Source: the human T2T-CHM13v2.0 reference genome, Homo sapiens. Taken from it: a DNA stretch of 64,000 nt. The translations under genes were made by a program, and so were the position numbers. The notes under the pieces were generated by a model. It was given only the letters and a program-made list of their open reading frames with translations. It searched no databases and had not been told where the DNA came from. The DNA lies in the NCBI RefSeq assembly GCF_009914755.1, contig NC_060928.1; one strand, given 5' to 3'. Below, in pieces: positions 12,608 through 24,479 of this stretch (the first letter of the stretch is position 1; each line of letters opens with the position of its first letter).

Positions 12608-13353
12608 ATGACCTAATTCACTGAGCTGATACATACCTTCTCTCCTAAAATTAACAGCGGCCCTGTATTTCCTTTGGAGCTGATAAATTCAGGGTTTGTT
12701 TTTGTTGTTATCGTTTGCTTTCTTTTTTTTTTCTTTCCCTTTCCATGTCTCTTCTAAACTTCTGTCTTTCTCCAGCTTTTCTCCTGTTGCTTGGAGCTTC
12801 CCAGTACAAAACAAGAGTGAGATCTGAGGAAGAGGTTGTTTTCCCCTAAGGAATAAACTATATTTGTTAAAAAGATATAAGGATGTTAAATTATTAAAAT
12901 AGAGATGATAATTAAGATCTAAAGTGCCACATATGAGGTAACAGAGATGTGAGACAGAGCACCAAATAGAACTTATAGTAGTGTCCGGAGAACAACAGCA
13001 CACTCTTTACTCCAACTCACTCAGAGTGCGCAAAAGAAGCACAGGAATAAACTGGGAGGAAGGTGTCTTTGGGGAACTTTGTGTCATAGCCCCATGCAAG
13101 AGGTGAGAGGTAGGGTTACTAGAGAGGATCTTAAGTGGACCAGTATGAGCCAAATGTGAGACACTTGCATTTTGAAGAAATTTTAATTAATGATGTCTGA
13201 CTTCCATCTGGGAAATTTGGAAGACCTGAAATGAATTAGCCACTGCTTTCTTGGTAGATGGACCAAAAGCAGAAATGTTTTAGATGGACATGAGATTTTA
13301 TACTCCAGAGAAAAGAATGCATGAGTGATTGCACTGGACCAGATATGGGCATG

Positions 13354-13357
<4 letters not shown>

Positions 13358-13401
<44 letters not shown>
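13358..13401. repeat. (AC)22 microsatellite
   Basis: Pure AC run read directly. Confidence 0.98.
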
Positions 13402-13403
<2 letters not shown>

Positions 13404-13489
13404 ATATGTATGCACATATGATACACCATACTAGGAAAAAAAACAAATCTTGATAACAGCAATTGAGATTGATGGGGAAGAATCTTATG

Positions 13490-13750
13490 TCAGATTGAGT
13501 GGTCAGAGAAGGCCAGTCCTAGTCGGTGATGTTTCAGTTAAACTAAGAATAAGAAAAAAGTTAGCCATGCAAGGATCTCCACAAAGAACATTCAAAGCAG
13601 AGTAAATAGCCAGATGTGAATAAATGCTGCATGCTCAAAGTCCAGGAAAAAAAAAAAAACCCAGGGAGGCTGGAGCCAAGTTGAATTTTGGAAGATAAGA
13701 TGATGAAGGCAGGAACTAGATCAGTAAGGTCTTGTTGCCAAAGGTAAGAC
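13490..13750 (-). mobile_element. L2 fragment
   Basis: gtggtcagagaaggcc...gttagccatgcaagg...agaacattcaaagcagag L2-like motifs. Confidence 0.55.
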
Positions 13751-13767
13751 CCATATAGCTCTGCCGA

Positions 13768-14547
13768 TGAGAGACAGGACTAGCTGGATTTCCTAGGCCA
13801 ACTAAGAATTCCTAAGCCTAGCTGGGAAAGGTGACTGCAACTACCTTTAAACAGGGGGCTTGTAACACAGCTCACACCCAACCAATTAGGTAGTAAAGAG
13901 GGCTCACTAAAATACAAATTAGGCTAAAACAGGAGGTAAAGAATTTGTCAAATCATATATCACCTGAGAGCATGGGGGGAGGGACAGTGATCAGGATATA
14001 AACCCAGGCATTCGAGCAGGGAGCAGCAACCCCCTCTGGGTCCCCTCCCATTGTATGGAAGCTCTGTTTTCACTCTATTAAATCTTGCAACTGCACTCTC
14101 TTCTGGCCCATGTTTGTTACGGCTCGAGCTGAGCTTTTGCTCACCATCCACCCCTGCTGTACGCTGCCATCCCAGACCCGCCATTTACTTCCACCCTTCC
14201 GGATCTGGCAGGGTGTCTGCTGTGCTTCTGATCCAGTGAGGTGCCCATTGTCGCTCCCGATCAGGCTAAAGGCTTGCCATTGTTCCTGCACAGCTAAGTG
14301 CCTGGGTTTGTCCTAATTGAGTTGAACACTAGTCAGTGGGTTCCACGGTTCTTTTCTGTGACCCATGGCTTCTAATAGAGCTATAACACTCACTGCATAG
14401 CCCAAGGTTCCACTCCTTGGAATCCGGCCAAGAACCCCAGGTCAGAGAACAAAAGGCTTGCTGCCATCTTGGGAGCAGACCGTCACCATCTTGCAAGTAG
14501 CCTGCCACCATCTTAGGAGCTCTAAGAACAAAGACCAGCCAGTAACA
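13768..14547 (+). mobile_element. LTR17, complete HERV-W solo LTR (U3-R-U5, 780 bp)
   Basis: Starts TGAGAGACAGGACTAGCTGGATTTCCTAGGC, ends GTAACA; CCAAT 13882, TATAAA 13997-14002, ATTAAA 14077-14082; TSD CCGA/CTGA. Confidence 0.95.
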
Positions 14548-15190
14548 CTGATATCCTCTTCCATGTACTATTAAAGCTCTATAATAATTTTCCAAACCTT
14601 CAATGAATTTGAGGTTTCATATTCTTCATCTTGGAGCTTTCAAGGGAAGTCATAGAAACTATAATTTTATGTGTTCTGAGGAGATTGAGTGTGACTATAG
14701 TTTTATTAATATCTAGCTAATCCCATGAAGTCCTCTAATAATGGTCCAAAACATTAATTTTAACAAAGGCTGTATTTATTACATGAATGCTCTGACTAGC
14801 AGTAGAGATGTTTTGGGCCAGATGTTATAATTCCTATTCTATTTTTATTTTCCTGATCACTGCATTAACTCTTGATTTTAGGAACACTTGTACTAGAAAA
14901 AACTTTGACATTCTTCAGGAGAAAAACCCAAATCAACCAATTTCTTTGGCAATATCATAATTATAATGTTGGTCTTTATATTGAAGATATTTTATCTAAT
15001 CTTCTTGGAAGAATTTAAAACGTTCTTTAATAGGTACTATTTTAGCTGTTTATTGTCTATTATTTAAAAAATATTGTCAAATATCCATTGTCCATTCTTT
15101 TAGGTGACTCTTTTTCAGATGTTGTAAAAATAAAGAAAAGCAAATAACTCTTCTCCCGTTTCTTAAAGAATCTCTCAATCTACGTGGAAA

Positions 15191-15209
15191 GGTGTGTGTG
15201 TGTGTGTGT
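15191..15209. repeat. short (TG)n microsatellite
   Basis: Direct reading. Confidence 0.85.
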
Positions 15210-16229
15210 ACATGTATATTCCAAATACATATAACTGAACAGATAATATATACATATTTAAAATAATACAGTTATAAAGTTTTAAAGATAAATGATATTA
15301 TAGCTAATAAAACCTGCAGAAATTTAGAGGAGAGATTTTAATAGGACTAAGAAGACGATTGAGCATCTTCCTTGAGGAGGAACAAAATGAACGTGAGCCT
15401 GAAGAATGACAGGAGTTGAATAGGAGAGTATGAGACAGATGAAGCATGCAGGCATGAGTTGATAGAAAACATGGCTATGGAATCACATGAAACTTAGTTT
15501 GGAAAGCTGAGAAGGCCAATTTGGAGAAATGAGTGTATTGGTGAAAAGAATTGTAATAAAATTGGAAAGAAACTTTCAAGCCAAAATGAGTTATCTTCTC
15601 TACTTTAACAGTAGATGTGACAGAACATCTAGAAGTTACTGTGAGGAAATATTTTAGATCTGCTTGGAAATTCTCCCTTTTTAGTAATATGTCAGTCACT
15701 GTGAACAGCTTTTAAAATGAGCAGTCAAGACTTGCCCATGACCTTCCTGAGAAGCATGCTTACAAAATAACATTTAACAGTTTATAGACCATACTTCACG
15801 ATTGGCAAAATTTTATGGGATGCTCATTTTGGCCCAACCATAATACACTAATGATTCAGCTTTAGAATCCACCAGAATTATTTATTAGTGACACAGGTAT
15901 TCACATCTGCTCCCAGGGCAACCCATCATTAAATAATGCATGAGTAGGAAAAGGATTAAAAAAAATTTCTTTTCTTTAAGGTTAATGCATGTTTCTTTAA
16001 ATAAATATTTGTAAATTGACAAACAACTTTATAATTTGGTCGCAAACTGCAAGGAAATGATACTTTTAAATTTAGGGCTTGCCCCTGAGAGCTAGACTTG
16101 AAGGAGCAATCACACACAGGACACACTTGTATCCTGCCCTAACTCTTGATATTGCAAGTTCAAGCACTATTTTATCTCCTTACATTTCTGCTGCAAATTA
16201 ATTTCACTTGTCTCATGAAGAAGATTAAT

Positions 16230-16718
16230 TTTACCTCTAGTTTTGCTGTCTTTCACCTCCTTCTCTTCACTTTTGGCAGAATGGTCTTTCTAAACAGACA
16301 GAAGGAGATCTGATTATGCTACATTGTGTTTAAAATCTCAGTGATTCTTCATTTTTTTTTTTGAGGGCGAAGGTTAGGCTGATTCAGATGGTGAAGAAAA
16401 TCATCTCACCAGTCTTCTGATCTCTGTTTAGCTATTATATCCTTAGAGAAATCTCCGATACCACTTCCACCAGGTTAGCTTCGCCTGTTAAGCTTTCACA
16501 GCACCATGCATTCATTGCAGTTTTAGCATTTATCACAATTGTATATTTATGACTGGTGTCATTATTGATAAAATGTTTGTCTCCCTCATTAGACTGCAAG
16601 TTTGATGACGGCAGGGACAAAATGTGCTTTTACAACCTATTCTTAGCCACTAACACAGGACTTAAAAAATAGAACTTGATAAATAGTTGTTGATATTTTG
16701 ATGATGCATGAATGAACA
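16230..16718 (+). mobile_element. L2 3' region
   Basis: tgtttgtctccctcattagactgcaagtttgatgacggcagggac...ataaatagttgttga...tgaatgaa. Confidence 0.7.
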
Positions 16719-16769
16719 GATTAATTTATGACTTGCACAGATAATATAGCCATCACTTATTACATTCAC

Positions 16770-16960
16770 AGAATCATAACATGTTTGAGAAGAAAAGTAT
16801 GTTGGAAATGTTTCATTCTAAATCCCTCATTACTTTGATAAGAAAATTAAAGCCCAGAAACTAAATGGCTTGCCCAAGATTATATAGCTAATCAGAATGA
16901 GAGCTGGGTTTATAATCTGGGTTTCCACTACTACTCTGAACTTTTTAAAAATTATGTTAT
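16770..16960 (-). mobile_element. MIR SINE fragment
   Basis: ccctcattactttgataagaaaattaaagcccaga...tggcttgcccaagat...agctaatcag core-SINE motif. Confidence 0.6.
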
Positions 16961-19508
16961 AGCTCCTCTCAGCCAACCTCCTCATTCCAAAAGTGCAAGC
17001 TAAGGACCAGAGTCATAATAAATTTGTGTGGCAGTTGGGTGCTTTGGTCAGAGGTGTCTCCACCTGTCTCTATACCTTTAGGGATCACGAAATAGTTGAG
17101 TTTCGTAAATCTGACAAAGCTGCATTTGACATGATCTCTTCACTGTGCCAGAAACCTTTCCCTGACCCTTTCTTAGACTAGTGTTCTCAACATACATATC
17201 ATGGTCACAGAAGGACTAGGAAATGAGTCTGAATGGAACCGGAAAATATCCACACCTCCAGTAAAAGAGCTCAACAATCGGATCCAATGATAGTAGTTTT
17301 AGTCCAGCCCATTCACACAGCCATGCATGAGATGTGAGCTTAGTAATACATCCCATCAGCTTCAATTCATTCATCTCTAAACTCCTTAAAAATACTCTTA
17401 TTTCTAAAATCCTTTGTTTCTAAAAGTGTCCGAAGGAATTCTCCTCCTCCTCATTTTTTTAACTGTTTTTCTGCTCAATTGTTATGAATTTGTTGCCTCT
17501 TAATTATAGCAGTGGAACTCAGTGTGAAGTAAACACCACTCAATGTGTCCCCCATTCATTGCAATGTCTCATTACCGAGTGGGTCAGATCAACTAATGTC
17601 TTTGCTCCCTTGGGAAGCTTGGGGTTACCCCTAGGTAGTCAGATAGAGTAGTAGGTTGGCCATTTAATCTCCCCCCATTCTCCATTTCACTTCCTTTCTT
17701 GTGAACACAAAAGAACTTTAAGTGATCTGTTCGCGGCATTGAAATGCCAACCTTAGTTGGTACTTTGAAAACTCAAAGCCTTTTACAAGATGAATAGCAA
17801 ACTGTGGATGACAGCTCCTGTGGAGGCATTATTGAATTGCAGCCCTGATGGCTGCATTACTTTGGATTTAGATAAAAGACTCCATACAAGACAAATGGTA
17901 GGAGGACATCAAACAAGACTGTGTCCATACAGTGACAGAAGCAATCCAATTGAAGAAGCTGTTGATTTCCCCAAGGCTACATACTATTTCTTCCTGAGTA
18001 ATTTATATTAAGAAACTAAAGATTGTATATTCATCTATTCATCTTCTATTTATACTTTTCTCTAAAAATACAAATGTCCAGTTGTCAAATCAAAGTCCTA
18101 CTTCTCTGCTCTTGCCTGGAAAAGAAATATCGATACAGGAACATGTTAATTATTTTGTATTGTGTTTTATTTAACCACAATAGCAGTGTGTGTAAAGGTT
18201 ATAGACTGAGAGTTACAATCTATAATGATCAGATAAAAAGATTAGTCAGCAAATCGATAGTTCCCTGTACCAACAGGAAGCTTGGTATATTCAAGGCAAC
18301 AATGAGTACAAAGGGTACAGATAAACATCAGGCACCTTTATTTAGATGAAAACTAATTCTAGAGAACTTCCACCACTTCATTAATTATGTACCAACCTTC
18401 AGGAGGAACTGGGTGAAACATCATTAGGGGCTTTTGGAATATGTTGGAAAATGCTTCTGGCTTTATAAAAACTGTATAAAATCAGAGCTTTTCTTTCTGT
18501 TGGGCTGGCAGATGTTCACGCAAACCCAGTTACTCAAAATGGAAAGGGTTTCATATATTGAACTTGCACACATTTTTTTTGCATCCAAAATTTTGGGAAT
18601 GAGAATGTAGGACACTTTAGCTTCAGAAATACCATCAAAATTGTTTAAAACACGGATTTAAATACTAATCTACTTAATAGGGAAATGACACACTTTATGT
18701 ATGCTTTATCCTTAACCAGCTCTCTATGTTGACATCTTAAAAAAAAAAAAAAGCCTTTCTGATGTGAACTTTGCATTTACTAACTTGCATAATAACAATT
18801 TCCTTTACTTTTCCTGTTTTATTTGGCATAATCTGTCTTCCTTCCACCCTTCCCTTATATAAAAGCTAATCCGTTGAAAAGTGGATTTGGATTGGCTGAA
18901 TTGTGAACTTTGAATAGAATCTTTGGAGTGGAATGGGGAGCTTTGTTTAAATTAAGATCTCTTTTGGAATTACATGTAACTTCATTCATTTGCATAACCA
19001 TCTTTTGAATGGGGACTCTTTTTAGCATTTTTGACTTTGGGTATTTCTAAAATCAGACCTGCTCTCTTCTGGAAAATTATTCAATTATTCAGGAATTCAT
19101 CAAGATGAAAGCAGAATATCATTTGTTTGGAAAAGAGTCAGACAAAAGAATAGATTTCAATAAGCTCAAAGTTCTTAGAAATAGCTTTAATGGTGTCTAA
19201 TAGGTAATTCCTGTTTCACACCAATAATTAATACCAAAGAAAATGTAAGAAAAGAAAAAAGAACTGAAAGAATCTGACAATTGAGCTCAGTAAAAACAGT
19301 TTGATTTTCCTGAAGCAATCCTCAGATATTACTTTGCATGATTGCTTTTAGCATTTTTTTCATCCACATTTTGCAAGTTAGAATGGGTGTGTATTGATTT
19401 CCTTCTTCTGGGTCAAATTATTCCTTTAGATGTGCTCCTGCAACTCTCATACTGAATCCAATGCGAAATATAGTCTATATTATGTCTCTTAAATACAAAA
19501 CTCTAGGG

Positions 19509-19539
19509 GTGTGTGTGTGTGTGTGCGTGTGTGTGCATG
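19509..19539. repeat. (GT)n alternating purine-pyrimidine tract
   Basis: gtgtgtgtgtgtgtgtgcgtgtgtgtgcatg. Confidence 0.9.
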
Positions 19540-19554
19540 TTTAGTCAGTCTCCA

Positions 19555-19830
19555 GGAATGTGTAAACAAACCTAGCTACCGCTAATTGTCAAAAAAAAAA
19601 ACCCAAAAAAAACCTGTGCTGTCTTTCCTGTTGCCTTTGGGAGGTTGTGTGTTTGGCAACAGCTTTCTTTTGCTGAGCTCACCTTAGCTGTGGCTATTTG
19701 TGTAGCAATTGAACCACTGAAGAGGGGTTCCGATTAGCTTTCATTTGAGCCAATCAGCAGCCATCTGGAGAACTGGCCGAGACCTGGGTTACTAGTAATC
19801 CTATTGCACCTCTAGGGTAGACCAACAGTT
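19555..19830. promoter_or_regulatory. Candidate promoter/enhancer motif cluster (FOX, RFX half-sites, NF-Y, E-box)
   Basis: TGTAAACAAA 19561, GTTGCC 19630, GGCAAC 19655, AGCCAATCAG 19748, CCATCTGG 19761, GTTACTAGTAAT 19788 in apparently non-repeat DNA; function inferred only. Confidence 0.35.
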
Positions 19831-19934
19831 ATTATCCAATTTAATGAAACACTTTGACTTCTAATGTCTATTTAGCTGAAGACTACTATTCCTCTCTGAC
19901 TTCCTCTCCTGCCTTACTCATCTTCATTCTGTTT

Positions 19935-20156
19935 CTCCTTTCTCCCTCCCTCTTTTCTTCCTTTCCTTTCTTCCTTCCTTCTTTCTTTCCTTTCTTCCTT
20001 CCTTCTTTCTTTCCTTTCTTCCTTCTTTCTTTCCTTTCTTCCTTCCTTCTTTCTTTCCTTTCTTCCTTCCTTCTTTCCTTCCTTCCTTCTTTCTTTCCTT
20101 TCTTCCTTCCTTCTTTCTTTCCTTTCTTCCTTCCTTCTTTCTTTCCTTTCTTCTCT
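19935..20156. repeat. Polypyrimidine (CTTT/CCTT) tract with 24-bp higher-order unit
   Basis: About 220 bp of C/T only; the 8-aa periodicity of the spurious ORFs shows a 24-bp unit. Confidence 0.95.
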
Positions 20157-20199
20157 TAACACCATAGTAGCATTTTACACTTCACAAAGTAATTTCACA

Positions 20200-20700
20200 C
20201 TCCGCCTCTGCCATGATTCAGGCCCTCCTCATTTCTTGCCTGGGTTACTACCATGGGCCCCTAATTTAACTCATTCCTCTCTCACTGGCTCCCACCACCC
20301 CTCCAGTTGCTACACCCTGATCCTCCACAATGCAGGCAAAGCAATCTTTCTAAAACACATCCTTCTGCTAAAAATACTTCAGTGGCTCTGCACCACATCT
20401 AGGAAAATGATCAAACTCCTTAGAAAGGCATCCAAACCTTTTCCTGGTCTGGTGATTGTTTATTTCCCTGGTCTTATCTTCCAAATTCTCCCAGGCCATA
20501 CAGATACCCAGGCATATCCAACCTTCTCCCACTTCCCTGCCTTTGTATAAGCCGTGCAAAGTTCATCCCTTTTCTCTGTATCTTATCCTTCACCTGGAGC
20601 TCTATTTTTGGCCTGGCTAACTCTAATCTTCTTTTTAAGCCTTAGCTAAAGAAATTTCTCTTTGAAGTCTTCCAAGACCAACCACCTATGGCTGTCCTCT
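20200..20700 (+). mobile_element. L2 fragment
   Basis: tcaggccctcctcatttcttgcctgggttacta...caatctttctaaaacac...ctgctaaaaatacttcagtggctc. Confidence 0.65.
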
Positions 20701-20862
20701 CCAGCACCCCCACCACACATGCACACACGCACGCGCACACACCACCACCACCACCATACTCACATTGACTTGGGCTAGGATCCCATTATATCCCTACATG
20801 TCATTAACTATACTGCTGTGATAGTATTAATTCTAATGTATTGGAATTGCTAGTTTACTTAC

Positions 20863-21160
20863 TTTTATAATTTATGTATTTATCTTTGAGACAGCTGTGT
20901 CCCCCAGGCTGGAGTGCAGTGGCTCAATCTTGGCTCACTGCAGCCTCTGCCTTTGGGTTTAAGCGATTCTACTGCCTCAGCCTCCCAAGTAGCTGGGATT
21001 ACAGGCGTGTGTCACCATGCCCGGCTGATTTTTGTATTTTTAGTAGAGACAGGGTTTTGCCATGTTGGCTGGGCTGGTCTTGGATTCCTGGCCTCAAGTG
21101 ATCCACCTGCCTTGGCCTCCCAAAGTCCTGGGATTACAGGCGTGAGCCACCACACTGGCC
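20863..21160 (-). mobile_element. AluJb/AluS SINE
   Basis: Reverse Alu ending ...gtgagccaccacactggcc; ctcaagtgatcc variant. Confidence 0.93.
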
Positions 21161-21199
21161 TTCTGCAATTGTTGATTTACTTTGATATCTCTTCTTCTA

Positions 21200-21565
21200 C
21201 AGCCAGGATTATTAAACCTGTCATACTATGAACCCCTTTGGCAATTTGATAAAACCCATAACCCCATTCACTTTTGAACACATAAAAACCAAATATGTAC
21301 AATTATAAAATATATGCGTGTTTATTTTCTAAAGCATTAAGTCGAGCACCAAGTCCACTAATGTAATTTGAAAGCAGTAGTGAGTAAAAACATTTTAAGA
21401 TATCATCAGCCACTGTACTATATTTGTCATTTCTAACTGTGACAAAATACTTCTGTGGTTTGTTGTCTGCATATATATATTTTTTAAATGCTGTTTTATT
21501 TGGAGATATGTAAAACTAAAAATGTAATTATCATATCAAGCCAGTTCATGGAGAATCTGTATTCT
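21200..21565. mobile_element. hAT-Charlie DNA transposon fragment
   Basis: tatgaacccctttggcaatttgataaaaccc...ccagttcatgga Charlie-like internal motifs. Confidence 0.45.
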
Positions 21566-22576
21566 AGAATTTTGTTTTAGTTTTAGACTATAAGGTCTTT
21601 GAGGTTTTCATTTTAATATATCCATACCTTGGACATAGTATTGCGACATAGCAAATAGATAAATGTTTGTTGCCTAAATTAGTAAGAAAAGAAATAGTTT
21701 TGTATTTCATGTAATTTAAACTTTAAAAGACTCCCTGTTAATTAGACTTTATTATTCTGATCACATATTAAGAAATTGAAGCTCAGAAAGGTTAAATACA
21801 TTTCCCTAGTTCACAGGGCTTTAAATGTCTATTCCACCATAAAGTTGTCTCTCATTTATTAATTAAGTTACTCGGTAATGACTTATATTGTATCTAACCT
21901 ATCAAATAGTCAAGAGAAAGGGAACAAGCATGGAAAGGTTATACCATCTGTCTCTAAAAGGAAAAGTGTATTTATGATACCTTAGGAAACTCTTGGCTCC
22001 CATTATATTAATGTTCATCATTATGGACCAGCTGATTATGTGGCATTCATTTGGACCTTAGAGAAAGTCTGAGCCCACGTAGGAGATGAGCCTGACATCC
22101 CTGAGAGTTTGTTTCACCAGGAGAAATGCTTACTTGGACTCAGGAACAACCTGAGAATAGAAATAAGGATGGAAATGCCACTTCCTCGACAGCCTGCTAA
22201 GGGAGCAGCGGTTGTATAGCCTTGGCTTTTTGTTTCATTAGCTCTCTTTTGAGTGGAAGAATAAAAGAAAATGACTGAAACTAGGACAACCCTTTCACAT
22301 TTCAGGATACAAGCGAAGGAATGTTTGGTGTGCTCTATTCTGCCCTGCACATTGAAATGGTCAGACCATTGTGTGGCACAATAACTCTTTCTCCAGGACA
22401 GTGGTTGTTATTGTGCCTTTCTGCTGTTCTGTTTCGCTCCTGTCTCTTTGCCTTCTTTAATTTTATTTCCTGTATCTAGTCTACAAAGAAACCACTTAGT
22501 AGCAATGCCTGGGCAGACTTCTTAAGGAAAGCGAAGTGAAAGAGAGAGAGACCTGCCCCCCTTCTCTCCCTAACAC

Positions 22577-22579
<3 letters not shown>

Positions 22580-22611
<32 letters not shown>
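22580..22611. repeat. (AC)16 microsatellite
   Basis: Direct reading; a short (GA)n lies at about 22540. Confidence 0.97.
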
Positions 22612-22613
<2 letters not shown>

Positions 22614-23111
22614 AAAGGAAGAGATGGAGGTGGTGTGAACCATGGAACTTACAAGCTATGTTGATGCAAGGATACAAAGTCACTTTAAACACACCAAACC
22701 CTTGTTTCCCCTGGCATGAGAAATCAAACAAAACAGAAAACGATTTACACTGTCAAGGTTTGGGAACTTGGCATAAGGATAGTTAAGCTCCTGCCATCTG
22801 ATATGTCTCTAATTTAGGTATTTCTTGATCTTTTATTTTATGCCTATATATTTGATGAGTCAAACTAGCAACATCAGGAATTGCACAATAGTTTCTAGGG
22901 AGCTCCAGCAATAAGATGTGTTATATTAGTTATACAAGACAGTGAGAACCTCAATAGCTAGGGTACTTTAGAACAGGGTGTTAACTTACCTGTGAGGCCA
23001 TAAGGAAATCCTCATTGGTTCCCACTGTTGCTATTACAATTTAAAAAAATACTCTAATTTTTTTTTCCATTTTATTGCTTAGAGAATGGTGACCATACTT
23101 TTAATTTTTAT

Positions 23112-23853
23112 TGTCTCATCATATTAGTGCTGGTGTATTAGTCTGTTGTCACAGTGCCATGAAGAGATACCTAAGACTGGAAAATTTATAAAGAAAAGAG
23201 GCTTAATTGACTCACAGTTCTGCATGGCTGGAGAGGCCTCAGGAAACTTACAATCATGGTGAAAGGCACCTCTTCACAGGGCGGCAGGAGAGAGAATGAT
23301 TGCCGAGTGAATGGGGAAGCCCCTTATAAAACCATCACATCTGGTGAGAACTTACTATCATGAGAACAGCATGGGGGAACTGACACCATGATTCAATTAT
23401 CTCCACCTGGTCCTACCCTTGACACTTGGAGATTATTACAATTCAAGGTGAGATTTGGGTGGGGACACAGAACCAAACCATATCAGCTGCTATAATAAAA
23501 TAACTGAAACTGTGTAATTTATAAAGAACAGAAATTTATTTCTCACAATTCTGAAAGCTGAGACGTCCAAGCTCAAGGTATCAATGATTTTGGTGTCTGG
23601 TGAAGGCTCAGTCTATGCTTCTAAGATGGCACCTTTACCACTGTCCTCCAGAGAGGGTGAGTGCTGTGTCTTCACATGGCAGAAGGGATGGAAGCACAAA
23701 AATGGGCCTAGTTATTTTCTTTCAGCCTTTCTATAAGGTTGCTAATCCCATGAAATAATCACCTTCTAAAGGCCTCACTTCTTGATATTATCACATTAGG
23801 TCTTAGGTTCCAGCATATTCATTTTAGGGAGACACATACATTTAAGCCATAGC
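23112..23853 (-). mobile_element. MST (MSTC/D-like) MaLR LTR, interrupted by THE1C
   Basis: tgtctcatcatattagtgctg[THE1C]ctataataaaataactgaaactgtgtaatttataaagaacagaaatttatttctcaca...gacacatacatttaagccatag. Confidence 0.8.
23134..23485 (-). mobile_element. THE1C solo LTR
   Basis: tgtattagtc...ggcacctcttcacagggcggcaggagagagaatg...ggggacacagaaccaaaccatatca; TSD GCTGG/GCTGC. Confidence 0.92.
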
Positions 23854-24047
23854 TATTATTATTATTATGTATTATTTAATTTCGAGGCACCTTACTCTAA
23901 CTCATGGGCATAATTCTAATCACTATTGCTCAGCAGTCATAGTACTATAGACCAAGAGATAGATACAATTATGATGCCGAGGAACACTATAAAAATTGTT
24001 TTCTTCGCCTAGAGAAGGAATGTTTTTGGGTTAAGAAAGCACATAAA

Positions 24048-24362
<315 letters not shown>

Positions 24363-24479
24363 CACCCCAAGTCAGACAGCTCTGAATGTGACTCACAGGG
24401 ATGTTATTTACAAGCTATGTGTCCTTCCACAAATCGCTTGACTTTTTTCATCCACTGGACTCCTTCAAAAAAATTGTTG

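Noticed and set aside
13768-14600. HERV-W provirus or syncytin-like gene
   Set aside because: No primer-binding site or internal sequence follows the LTR; the TSD directly flanks a single LTR
19854-20165. Repetitive proteins (SFFPFFLP / ERKERRKE ORFs)
   Set aside because: They are translations of the polypyrimidine repeat
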